This document shows positions 48,084 through 60,260 of a stretch of 64,000 nucleotides of DNA, in pieces. The stretch is from Coniocarpon cinnabarinum (taxonomy: Eukaryota): the NCBI GenBank assembly GCA_051942205.1, contig JAVECO010000018.1:1-64000 (forward strand). The letters are read 5' to 3'. Each line of letters begins with the position of its first letter. Within the stretch, counting starts at the first letter, position 1. Position numbers and translations under genes: made by a program. The notes beneath the pieces were generated by a model. It was not told where the DNA came from. It made no database searches and saw nothing but the letters and a program-made list of their open reading frames with translations.

Positions 48084-51000
48084 ATGGAATATTTGCAGTC
48101 ATGTCAAACATCTATATATGATATTGTAAGTCTCTAGCTCAGTGACGACTCATCTGCCCGTGAAGCACTGACCAGCTGTGTGAAGGCCACCCTGGACACT
48201 GTACACATTCGGATTTACCGCCGACCAAGCAAGGAAGGGGGAGCAAATACTGCAACAGAGTCCGCTTTCTCCACAGCTCGATCAGAACTCAATCATCATG
48301 GCACTTTTGTCTTCTGTGAATCCAGTCAGGAGAAGCTCATCGTATTTGCGCGGACACGGGCCGAGCTAGAAACTCAATTGAAACCATTCCATCAACTCAT
48401 TGGGGCCAAGGTCATGCTGGTTTTTAGCGATGGCACCATTTTGGATTGTACGTGCTGGCTTAATATTGCCTGAGCAAGGCGCTCATTGATGGTGAACAGT
48501 TCTTGGTCAACGAGATGTCAATCTTCAAAGCTTAATCTCCTCTTCGCGGCCTGAAAAACTTTCGTCTCGGTCAGTGGATGCATCGAGTACGGCAAATTGG
48601 CAGCGATTTCGTAATCAGGTCATTGCTTCCCTACAGGATTGGACGATGAGTAGAGTTGCTCGCTGCTACAAGAAGAGTATTCAGCTAGATCGGTATTCGC
48701 TTCTGCTCCTTAGCCCAACAATTGCTGAAAAAACTCACGGCTCCTACCGTGCCCACTCTCGTTCCAAATCCCCCACTCTACTCAACATTCACGTAGATTA
48801 CCTAACAAGCGGTAAAGTGTTAGCATTCGTCAAGCATCTTGCTTGTTCGTTCCTCAAGCTATACCATGAACCGGTGTCCGTCTACGACGAGCAGATGTTG
48901 CATGCGTCACGATTACTACTATTACCTTCCTCTCTGCAGGGCTCAGTGTGCTTTAACAAGCACATGCCACTGCAACATCACCGATCCGTTGTGAGGGATT
49001 GGTTGAGACACCAGGAACTCGAAGTTTCCGAGGTCGAGAAAGACGAGCAATGGGTCAATGTTGAGTTGCTGGACAGATCTCCGTCTCTTGCTGATGCAAA
49101 CCCACATTCAAGCAGCGCATCCAATGTGATTCTTCCTTGGCCTCTTCAATACATTCTTGTACGGTCACCCTTGAATTCTATTGACCGTCACAAAGACCTT
49201 CGTTCCTTTCTCTCGGATCAACCCGATACTTTTCATCTAGCGCTGGACGGTGAAAAATACGGCGAACGCCCAAGAAATACCACACAAGAGACAGGAGATC
49301 TCCAGTATCCACCAATTCCTACAGATTTATGTCGCGATCTTCGAGGCGCAAGTCCTGCCCCAACCCCAACCCCAGATGTCCTGATGAGAGACTCGGTTCT
49401 GGAATCGCAGGCCGCTATCTACCCAACACCTTCAGATGGTCTCACAAGCCATCAAACGCCTGCAAGCTTCAATCAGGACAGTCCATATGTAGGATCGAGT
49501 CAGGCTCAAGACTCACAAATTTTAGGAAGCATTAGTGACACGAGTGGGCGCGCTGATTTAGCAGCGAACCAAGATATACAGGGCGTCCCGACCGTTCAAA
49601 GCTCTGCAAAAGACGGCGCAGGCTCGCAAATATTTCCAGGTCTGACTGAGGATGACTTTAGTTTTTTTGATAACCCTCAGCATATGCGAGAGCTGTCAGA
49701 AAGCGGCAATGAGGACCGAAAGCATGATGCTGGAGAAGGCCTCGATAGGACGTCACAGACAAAGGATGGTTCTACAGAGCATAATGCAGTCGTCAACAAT
49801 ATTACAGGTTCTGATGCTACTTGGAGTGCCCGCGAGAAAACATTAGACAGTGGCCTTGAAAGAGACGAAGAGGTTGCGGAATTAAAGACGAGCGTCTCGA
49901 CAGAGTACATTACACAGCCAGAGGAAAGATGGTCAACGAATTGGGATGCATTAAATGCCAAGTACGGCAGGAACGGCTTGTTCGTACCTAACAAACATCA
50001 GGCTCGCTTTACGGATTCAAAGTCTGTCGATGCGAACTCAAGACGAATGCCTCACGTGGGGCTTCCATCGGACACTTCGAGTAGCTATGAAACAGATGCT
50101 TCACAGTCAGACACCGCTTCAGACGACTTTGCGGCAGTGCGAGAAGGTCAAGGCAAGGATGCTCAGGCCCAAAATGATAAGCCAGTTGCACGTATCGAGC
50201 TGAGTCCGGAAGACAAGTTGCAGCAAATGGATACAGCAAGAGTGCGTGATTTCCTTCAAGCTCAGGCTTTGATACAAGGCGATCGTTGGTGCTCAAAACT
50301 GTTTCATAATGTATGTACGCTCTCTAAGTAGCTAGCACGACCGAAGCTAGTGGCTGCGTTTTTCCCCACAGGATCATGTCAAGTAAGATTGCTGATCTCC
50401 TCCAGGGAACACCGTCAGTTTGGGACAATCTAGACTGGCTACTAGGAGACTTGGATCCACACGTTGGAATTAATTTAATCCAGGATCTTACAGAACAGAT
50501 TGTGTGCAGCATCAATCCATCGACTGTTCAAACAGAGAGAAATGTACCCGTCAGCACCTGCGACACAGACCTCAGCTTCATTCCAACCCAGCTTCTTGCA
50601 TTGGCGCTCACATCCAACGTGAGCATCGACTTGCTCAAGGGTTCTTTAATGAATAAGCCAAATGTGTCTCAAATGACGCCTGAAATAAGGAGATCTGAGC
50701 AAGAAATTCGGACCCAGCTACGTCAAGCGCTTACGCAGCTTGAGGCGCCACATTTGCAAGTTCAAAGACACGGCAACAGATACAGCATGCTCCCTGCGGC
50801 CGTGCAATTCCATGAGAGTTTGGGTCTCGGACCCATCAGTGGACCTAAAGATGTCACAACATTTGTTGTTTCCCCGTTGCAGAGGAACGCAGCGGATGGT
50901 GTTGAATTGTTCCATAACATATTGAAAGATGCTTATATGTCTCAGCAATTAGGCGCATGCCACGCTGGCTTCCAAGACACCAATGCAACAGGTCACGTCC

Positions 51001-52343
51001 CAGTCTCTGGCCTCAGAGAAACGTCTAGCCTCTTGGAGTTTACCAGTCGATATAATCAAGCTTGCGAAGACCTGGCCTCACAGCTATCCATCAATAATTT
51101 TAAGAAGACATCAATCATGGTATTTCTAGCAGATCCTCGGGGCGACGAGGCGTCGATGCTGGCTCTCAGCACAAGCTTTCAGCGGCTTGTGCAAAGGTGT
51201 CGAGCTTCCTGTAAGACTTGCTCTGAGCTGTCCGGTAGCGAGGCTATCTGCCACGGAAATATCAAGTACCTGATCATTCCTAGCGCTTTCGTTGACTTAG
51301 ATTATAGCATTTCACTGCCAGCTTTATCCCCTTCTGTACGCTCCCAGCTGGCGTCACGAGTCTACAATTTGATAGGGCACAAAATCGCTTCCTCTGGTCT
51401 TTTCGAGAACATGGTGGACACTAGGCCAGCGCTTGAGCTTGATAGAGTCTTGCCGTCTTCAATCCCATTTGAGCTCGCCACAGACACCCCTCAACATCTC
51501 CTTTCCCAGGATTCGGCTTTGCATATCGCCTATTCTTTTAGCGATCGAAACAACTGGCTTGTCACTTCTTGGGTCGACAATACAGGGCGGTATCAAGCCC
51601 AGCGAACTTACCCTCTCAAACATCAAGATTTGTCGACGATTCTGGACGAAGTCTGGCAATCTACGTTGGCCATCCTGCAAAACACCGTTGGTCGCCAAAT
51701 CCGTTGGCGAGTCTTCCTTGCCAAAGTCGGTTGCTTTTTGCCCGACGAATTCAAGAAGTGGTCCGAAGTTATAGGAGATCAGCCCAGTAATGTCTCAATA
51801 TATTTGCTGTCAGTGGAGACCTCGCCTAAATTCTCTGTCGACATTACCGACTCGTTCGTGGCCCCTACTGAATCACCCCCCAATTCGACTGCAGCAGCCT
51901 TTCAGTCACCATCCGCATCCACAACGGCTGCTACCCCGGATAACAGCGCTGCGCCTGAACTCGATCCCGAAGCCCGAATCATCGACATGACTGACCAGAC
52001 CTGGTCCATGTTACTCGCCTTCCAGCCCAACACTGCCGCCAATTCAAGCTATTACCTTCCCGCAGTTGCCAGCGCTTTGCTTATCAAGAGACGCTCGCAG
52101 CTGAACCACAGTCCGCCAGCGATATTGCAAGTCAACCTCTTGAGGGTCTTTGCGGGAAATCAGCAAAGAGAAAGGGCGGTCCCCGAACCTCGAAATGTTC
52201 TCAAGGATGTGCTCAAGATGTATTCTGATCTTGGGGTCCTGGCACGAGCCAGATGCGAAGAAGCGAAAGACAGCGCGAGACCTTTACATATAGGGCTCGT
52301 AGAAAAAGCTGTCGCAGGCCTGGACCGTATCATAGAGCTGTGA
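48084..52343 (+). CDS. MED13: Mediator kinase-module subunit Med13 (Ssn2/Srb9), divergent; exons 48084-48125, 48186-48447, 48500-50310, about 50406-52343
   Basis: Motifs AIYPTP.DG, LTEDDFSFFD, F.ESLGLGP.SGPKDV, LHIAY..S....WL...W.D..G, VLK.Y..L..LAR..P.H, which I recognise as Med13-like. Canonical introns; the 3' splice site of intron 3 is uncertain. Confidence 0.8.
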
Positions 52344-54975
52344 AGAGTCCTCTTGTCGCGACATCGCGCAGTTGATGGAGATAGCTCCAGGACAGCAGAG
52401 TTGCTCTCCAAACTTTTGGATTGTGATCAAATTCATGCCCATCCACGCCATATGAGCGCAGGCGAAGGGGCTGCAAGCATTACCTCTCTTTCCACGTTGA
52501 CATAGAAATCTTACTTGCAAGGGGCCGCCTAATTTATGACCATGCAAACAAGAATCCCTAGACGACAAAGTAGACTGATTTCGAAGTTTCAAGTCTTAGA
52601 TAGGGCCTGGTTTGCCCGACTCATACTTCGAAGGAAAAATATCGATTGGCGAAGCGTACCTGAGAGGAAGACTCATATTCGTTTCTGAATTATTGCATAG
52701 GACATTTTAGCACGCGATCATGCGCCTTGGCAAGTCTTATACCCTTCAACAAGGACTTGGTAGTTCAAAGATTGTCGTCTTGTGAAATGAGTCCAACATC
52801 TGTGCTTATAAGAGACTCAGGCTCTTCATCTAATACTTCAAATCATGAATTGGCACGCGATGAAAATGGGAATGTGCGAAGCCCTCTGGGACACAAAGCT
52901 TGTCGGTCAGTGCTGGGCGTCACGCTCACCGTTTCGTTCACGGCGGCTGCTGCCCCCATGGTATTCATTGCCAGTTTCAAATGACCTACCATGAACCTCG
53001 TTCTTGGAAAACTCTGCATGGATGGGCCGGGTGGAATCCGACAGATGATTGAACATCCTGACATCTACCTGCTCGAATTTATTCCCCGATATGCGGATGT
53101 CGACGCTGGCTCCGCGCGTGTCCTGATGCGCCTCTTGTTTGAACGATCCTTGAGCAGGTTGCGTACCTGTTGCGATGCACCAGGTTCGTATGGCACCAGG
53201 GCTTCGCTTGCTGCTAACGCCGAGCACATTTCGCATGATGGATCTTTCGAATGCGGATGGATTACGCATTTTCATTTCGGGATGTGCTCCTTCCAATTTC
53301 CTGACGTTGTCCTTTCGCTAGCAGTAGAGCTTTGCAGAGAGCTGGTCTGGACTGATGCAGAGGGATTTCCACTCTGGATGATACGTCAGCACTCTATTTC
53401 GGTACTGTTGAAATCGCCTATCAGTATTTCATTGCATCGGCACCTACTTCGCTTTTCTGCTTTTTGTCACCACGAAACGGGACCATCTTGACGCCTATTG
53501 GTGATAGGTGCCTTGTTGGGGTGCGTGTGAAGCTGACGCGATCCTTTACAAAGTGGGAGAGTCCTGCGCAGCGTGGTAGGAGAAGACGAGGCTGTAGTTG
53601 TACTTTGGTCGATGCGAGAGCGTGAAGGCATCGGCAGCTCCTGTTTTGAGCTGGATAAGACCATCTCCGATACAGAATATCAACACTTTCAACATGGCGG
53701 ATGGCAGGCAAAACCGAGCAATTTATATTAATTTTTGAGGGACCGGCCGGGGACACTTCATCGGCGGCGCAGCCGCTTGGGACACATTCTGAATACGCCA
53801 CGGGCTCTTGACTACATATCACAATGCCGTGCAAGCTGGCTCATGCTTCGCGAGTTAGCGATGGTTCGCATGCACGCACATGTTCGCATTCCCGCATCGT
53901 CTGAGCAAGTATCGGTCGCTGATAGCAGAGACTGTGAATTTGTTCAGTAGACGCGGGCGACGATCAGACGACGGGGCTTGACTGCCTGGCCAGCCCCAGT
54001 ACGGGGCACGCCTGTCTGCCTTTCTCATCGGCAGGCTAATCTTCGTGGCTCCTTTCGCCTGAGACAGCCCGGATCGAGCCGTGCGGCCTCCAGGCTGCTG
54101 CATGCTTGGTCACAGCCCACGGATTAAGGTGTAAGTTTGGGGACAATTGCCCAACGACCTTCTCCAATGGAGAGTGGCAGACGTCGACAGGCATCGTCAT
54201 CGAGTACTTGTCTGTCTATTCACGGATCAGACTGCAGCCGCAGGATGTGCCTGACCCGCGTGAATCTGCGCACTCTCCATCGTCAAATGCTATTCGAAGT
54301 ACCTCCTCAGAAGCTGGAGAAAACTTGTCTACCATATGCGTCTTTTGATCCTCAGATTGATCAAGCGAGAGGACCAGTGGTAGTTAGCGTAATGTTTGAG
54401 TCGAGCCACTGCCACAAACCACGCGGGTCTAGAGAAAGATTCCTGGAGATACGGTCACGTGTCGACTGAAGTCTTCAACAGGGTAGCTAAGACCAACGAT
54501 AAGTGACCCCACAACGCTTACTTCCCCATCCTCACGATATGATCAGAAACCGATTCCAATTTTGACAGAAAGTTTAGTCAGGCCCGCAGATGTAGCAGAC
54601 GTATCGGTGATGCCCAACATCCATCCCAAATCCGAAGGGGGACAGGTCGCCTCGTTTTCGGGCGCTTTATCACACTTTATCAGTGATCGACTGCTAGTGA
54701 TCGACGTTGAACCACGGAACGGCTCGCCTTGCCCAACGGTCGGGTGTTTCAGACCTCGGTCCATCAGGCGTTGGGACTCAAAGTGAAAGAGTCGGGGTCG
54801 ACATGGGTGCAGCGCTATCGTCTCATTTCAATTCCAGGTTCATTGCTTCTTCTCTATCTATCATGCAAGTAGGAGATCTACAGGAATATATCAAACGCAA
54901 TGCAATCATTACAAGGCCGTTCACAAGCGTCCACGATCTTAACACAGTCCATCGCATGCTCTTTGCGATTCTCTC

Positions 54976-56304
54976 CTACTTCCGCCCAGGCCTCCGCACT
55001 TCCAGCATTACCATCCCCTTGCTCGTCTTCCCCTCCCGACTGTCGGAGTCACCTCCGTCCCTTCCCCTTTCATCCACCACGTCTCCCTCACTGGCGCTCC
55101 GATTGAGGCTAGGCACGCCGGGACTCCTCACCATACTACTCCCTGCGAGTGGACTCGTCCGAAAGGGAACAGAGCTCGAGTGACGGTACGCACTCGGGGG
55201 CATGGCACTGCTGGTAGGCGGACCGGAGATGGACGAGCGCCTTACCACAGGGAAAGAATTCGAGGTGCCATCAGTAAGTGAGCGGCGTCGAAGTGGCAGA
55301 GTCGAGGAAGACGAAGGCGGATAAGTGGCTGCTGGTTGCTTGAGTGGAATAGTGGTCTTAGGTGCGTCAGGCGATTGGACGGGAGTGGGACTGGGACGCC
55401 GCGACGAGGAGGGGGAGCGATTGTGGACTTCGATTGGCGTTCCGGACGAAGACGGGGAGCGCGAAGGGCTCGTGCTGTAAGATGAGGGAGATGAGGAGGT
55501 GCGTCGAAGTGGCAGTTCGGATTCGTGGTAGGAATGCACGGTTGTGCGAGATGCGCGCGCAGGTGAGCTATGGCGGGAGGAGTCGTCGCTGGATGTTGAA
55601 GGGGACGAGGAGCGATAGTATCGTCGAGTGGAACGCGAGTCGTCTTGACGCGGGCTCCGGTCGGGGCTGGGATTCCGGTCACGCGCCAGCTCACGCTGCT
55701 TGCTCTCGTCCTCACGGTCGACCACCTTTCTGCGCTCAGGTCGTCGACGAGCTTTCACGATGCGCTCGACGGCACGCAGGAGACTGCGAACTTGCACGTA
55801 TTGTCGCGGGAGCTCTACACGGGTAATCTCCTCCATGCCTCGGTCCGACACGGCGAAGATATCCTGGCCATCGCACTTGCTGTAGATGATTTGAGCGACA
55901 GTGGCGCCCTGGTCCTGACCCGTGGTGCACAGCGATTTGCCCTCTTTATGGACGGCGTATGGGTTGAAGCAGTCTCGGCAAGCGCGGGCGTGTTGCTCGA
56001 AGTGGTAGAGTGGCCAGAGTTCTGCGTTGTTGAGAGGTCGGGACATTGACGTCACGGGGGACTCGGTGTCTGGGAAACTGACGCGGCGCACTGTGGGAGG
56101 TGTTGTGACGGGTGATGAGGGAGTGCTGGAGTTGCGGGATGAGGGTGGTGATGCTGAGTCGGAGTCGCTCATGCTGGGCATAGAGTCGTCGGATTTCGTG
56201 AGGTCGAGGGAGCCATCGCCCAGTGGGTCCTTTTGTTCAGTCTCTGGGATGGGTGTAAGTGGGTGGGCATCCCTATCGCCCAAGATGGAGGTGAAATGAG
56301 GCAT
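54976..56304 (-). CDS. Hypothetical protein with small His/Cys (putative Zn-binding) domain and Ser/Arg/Pro-rich disordered tail
   Basis: ATG at 56304 (MPHFTS). Domain LYHFEQHARACRDCFNPYAVHKEGKSLCTTG...RVELP..Y.QVRSLLRAVER. Confidence 0.72.
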   Translation of the reverse strand: MPHFTSILGDRDAHPLTPIPETEQKDPLGDGSLDLTKSDDSMPSMSDSDSASPPSSRNSSTPSSPVTTPPTVRRVSFPDTESPVTSMSRPLNNAELWPLYHFEQHARACRDCFNPYAVHKEGKSLCTTGQDQGATVAQIIYSKCDGQDIFAVSDRGMEEITRVELPRQYVQVRSLLRAVERIVKARRRPERRKVVDREDESKQRELARDRNPSPDRSPRQDDSRSTRRYYRSSSPSTSSDDSSRHSSPARASRTTVHSYHESELPLRRTSSSPSSYSTSPSRSPSSSGTPIEVHNRSPSSSRRPSPTPVQSPDAPKTTIPLKQPAATYPPSSSSTLPLRRRSLTDGTSNSFPVVRRSSISGPPTSSAMPPSAYRHSSSVPFRTSPLAGSSMVRSPGVPSLNRSASEGDVVDERGRDGGDSDSREGKTSKGMVMLEVRRPGRK

Positions 56305-58277
56305 GATGGTGGTTGAGTCTGCTGTAAGGAGGTGAGCTGAGGAGGGTTGACGACGACGCCGAGGTTTGAGGTTCAAGGAATCTGGAGCGCGACGGGCGCC
56401 TTTGATATGGGCTGATAACGAAAGGGATCGCCGGAGAATTGTTTGGGTCAGGTATGAAATTACTGCAGCAGGAACCACCAAAAGTCTCCCGCTGACGTAG
56501 ACAGCCGACAAGGGTGTGCCGCGGCAGTATTGATTGTCTGGGTGGTTGACAGGGGTGTTGCTCAGGGCTAGCAGCCGACGTGCGCTAGTCAGGACAGGTG
56601 TCAAATGCACTAGACCTCAACGACAGCTGTGACAAACTGAGTTGGCAAGCACGTTTGTCACACAGCAGTGAGCAACAAACGCTGCAGCTTCTTCTCAAGT
56701 GAAACAAGAGTCCGAAGTTGCATAGAGCAAGTGAGGTTGAAGGTAAGGATGGGAGGGAAATGGGGGGACAGGCAGGACAGTGAAATCTTTAGTATGTGAG
56801 AGCTGTCGCGAAGCAAGCACTTCTTACCACGTAGCCGCACGAATCGATCGTTGTGCGGCCAAAGGCACGAGTACGGAATTGCGGCAGCAATGATGGAGCT
56901 CCGACCATGTGCTGGAGAATTACAAGTGGCCTTTTGGCGAACAGATGGTCCTGGCTGAACAACACAAAGGTACATGATGAAAACGTTGCTCGAGCTGCAG
57001 ATATTTTGTCGGACGAGGCTGTCTGAAGACGTTGGAGCAAGCCATTCTCAACTCTTGCGCAACCAGCGCGCGTTCGCCTCGAGAGCAGCATGGGCAAGGT
57101 GCTTACATTCAGCAGTCGATGTGTCCTCTGCCTGACTCGTCTCCACATGATGGAGGCCAGACATTGGTAGGAAGTGAGGGCCAAGGGAATAAGCGTAGGA
57201 TGCGTGTTGCGGCCACGGTGGCTGCTTACCACGTCTGGCCACTGGCCCAGCTGTGTCGCTTGCAGGACGGAAGAAAGCACAGACCTTGGATGAACAGATT
57301 GCGGCGGACCCCTGGCACGCATGAGGACGAGGGTGGTGCGGATCGAGCCAGTCCGCAGCGTGGAGGACGGGAGGAGGTTGGAAGTTGACAGCTGCAACTT
57401 GGCCACACCCCCTGTCGTCCGGAGCCAGGCCGGCAGGGTGCACGGTTCGTTATATGACACTGGCATTCGAATGTCACGTGAAGAGATACTGGGATAGATA
57501 CTCCTGTGCTGGAAGTGCGTTGACCTCATTTCCACGTGCTTCCCAGTGCAACATGTTGTTCCTACCTGAACAGAAGCCCTGCAGTGAATTGTTACCACTT
57601 CCAATCGTACTGTTCCCTGTAACAACTCGAGAAGCAGACTCACTTCACCCAGTCCCTTCTCTTCAGTGCCCCAGACGTGGTGCCTGTGACTTGGTTTGCG
57701 AATGTTGATTAGGTGGGGCAAAGAATACTTGTGGAGGAGGCCCCGTTGGACAGTACTGGAAAGTGGTTTGCATGAGCCTAGATCTGCCGTGAAGTCTTGT
57801 CGCATGTAGACGCCATTCTCGCGATGGCATGCAGGCGCACTAGGCTTTTATCTCCGGCAGCACCCTTGACCGAAGCCGCATGCTACGAAGCGCAGCGACA
57901 GATTTGAGCTCGTGCGGGTAGACCGAACGTCCACCGAGAACCATGTGGTCTAGATCAGCTTTTGGTACGAGCAGGGCTAAGCGTAACGATACTGAGCTTC
58001 AAACGTCTTTCGAATGCGGATCATGGGGCTGGGAGATCAGAGATCGCGTGCGCAAGCCTAGAAACTAGCTGCTTCTTATGTTAGGGCTTCGGAATTGACC
58101 TGCATGAACCATCTTCCTCACAGAGCCGCATCGGTGAGCTCCTCATTCTTTGACCGACGCAGGTCAAGCTCTTGACCTCGCTGCCTCTCAGCCGCCTGTC
58201 TGCCTGCATGCCTGTTTGCTACGGCCAGAAACCCTCGAAAGTCGGTCGACACACAGGTCAATGATACCATTAGTACC

Positions 58278-59603
58278 CTACTGCACCTCTTCCACCATGC
58301 GTCCACTTCGAACGACCTCGTTCCAGCCCTCGCCCTTGGAAGTTTTCTCAAACATTGCCCCTATTGGTGCATCCAGCCACTCTGAGGGCACGCCAAGTCT
58401 GGTACCCTTTCTCCCAATAATGGTCCTCGCGTAGATGCGATTTGCCTTGGGCTCCATCTCTCCCTCGTCCTCATCGCCTCCGACACTTTCTCCTCTGAGG
58501 CCGGCTCGCCCCGGTCCAAATTCCTCACGCTCGGCATCCGCCAGTACTTGCGCCCGGCTTCTTCGCGTAGGTGCAGGCTTTTGCAGTAGTCTTCTGAGCG
58601 TGTCTGCCTTCTCTTGCTCATTGCGCCTTTCGCTGAGATCCTTGCGGCGTCGAGCCATTTCTGCGCGGCGCATCGTAATCTGCTCCGCGGTGAAGAATTT
58701 CTTTTTCTGCGCTTCGTTTGATAAAGCCAGCAGAGAGCCTTCGTCGATTCCACCGCGTTGCCGACGAGTCAGTTTGCTGAGGTCTGGAAGTGATGAGTCG
58801 GAATCTTCAGAGTCGAGATCAGACTCGTTGATGGCATCAACCTTGATCGTGTCACTACGGTCTGGATAATCAAGCGCGCCATTCTCGAGGTCCTCCGGAT
58901 CATCTTCCACTTCCGAGCTCTCTGATTCTGACGCTGCGTTGCCTGTCTCCTTCTCTTCAACGGTGCGATGCTTGTTGCTGCCAAGGTTGATGGTAGTGCC
59001 CGGTGAGGGCTTGCGAGCCTTGCCCGCCTTGTTCGAGGTGGACGTCGAGAACTTGATTGTCGGCTTGCTGGATTTCGCTGGCGGTGGAGGTGCTGGCGGC
59101 GCATCCTCCATGTCCTCATCGCCATCAGCATCTTCGTCTTCCTCATCTGATTCCTCGTCCTCCTCGTCTTCATCTTCCTCATCTTGCTCATCAGGGTCGC
59201 CTGCCGCGTCTTGCTCTTCCTCCTCATCCTCTTCGTCATCGTCCTCCTCTTCCTCTGCACTGCTGCCCTTGTCTACATATGACTGTCTTTGGTTTTTAGA
59301 GCGGCCTGACCGGCCGCGGGAAGCTCGGGTTTCTACTTCATCGTCGTCTCCCTTAATCTCTTGCAGACGTCTCGGAGGCGCCTTGACTGTCAAACGGATT
59401 GACCGCTTCTGCGGCTCCGCGGATATACCGCGACGTGTGCGGGGTCCCATATCGTGCTGCGTACCGGACGCGGCTCTGCGATCGGAAGTCAGCAGCCGAT
59501 CTTCAACAATCGTACCACGTTCGTCGCGTTTGCGAATGCGTGAAATGTAGACTTGTCGCGTCGGAACGCGAAGGCGCAGCTTGACTGTCAGAGATTTCTC
59601 CAT
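58278..59603 (-). CDS. IES2: INO80 complex subunit Ies2/INO80B (PAPA-1 domain); possible extra upstream exon 59913-59810
   Basis: Acidic tract, then LSKLTRRQR, LLALSNEAQKKKFFTAEQITMRRAEMARRRKDLSERRNEQEK..T..RLL.K and LGVP.EW. Confidence 0.88.
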   Translation of the reverse strand: MEKSLTVKLRLRVPTRQVYISRIRKRDERGTIVEDRLLTSDRRAASGTQHDMGPRTRRGISAEPQKRSIRLTVKAPPRRLQEIKGDDDEVETRASRGRSGRSKNQRQSYVDKGSSAEEEEDDDEEDEEEEQDAAGDPDEQDEEDEDEEDEESDEEDEDADGDEDMEDAPPAPPPPAKSSKPTIKFSTSTSNKAGKARKPSPGTTINLGSNKHRTVEEKETGNAASESESSEVEDDPEDLENGALDYPDRSDTIKVDAINESDLDSEDSDSSLPDLSKLTRRQRGGIDEGSLLALSNEAQKKKFFTAEQITMRRAEMARRRKDLSERRNEQEKADTLRRLLQKPAPTRRSRAQVLADAEREEFGPGRAGLRGESVGGDEDEGEMEPKANRIYARTIIGRKGTRLGVPSEWLDAPIGAMFEKTSKGEGWNEVVRSGRMVEEVQ

Positions 59604-60260
59604 GGCTGCTGTAGTGAACGTGCCAATCGTGTCGCATGCGTTTGCTGACGTTCTGATATTTGGACAAGCGCTGGAAGGCCCGGAACCTGAAAGATGGTGG
59701 GGAACATTGCGGAAGCATTTTGATTTGGCCCATTTTCGAGTTCAAGGTGAATGAGTGAAGGTGTCGCATTGCGGAGATTGTAGGCAGCCACTGAATGGTG
59801 TTCACTTACCTTCCACTTAGGCTCATTGCCTGACCTTCCCAATCATCGGTTCCTTCGGAATCTCCATCATCTGTGCTGAGGCGCCTCAAGCGCTTAGTTG
59901 GGCGATCTGACATGGAAGTGACGCAAGACTAGAAATACGGTTATGAATGCAGCTGAATTGGATCAGGCTAGTGTGACCTTCGCATGTCGCTAAGCGTTTA
60001 CGTCGCACCTGTCACCCTAAGGTTTCCGTATCGACTGCGGCTGGAACGTGCTGCCCCAGACGTCAGGCTCCCATTCTTTGTGCCGAGGCTTGCATTAGAG
60101 ATGTATAGGTAAATAGAAAATAGGTAGGTCGCTTTCACAACAGCTTGCTATTTGGTTTCGTTGCACTTCCATAGGATTCGTCTAGACTCTACACTCCTCA
60201 TATCGTCGTCGACGGGATCCGAATGGTCTGAATGTTTTGTGAGAACGCAACATACGCAGC

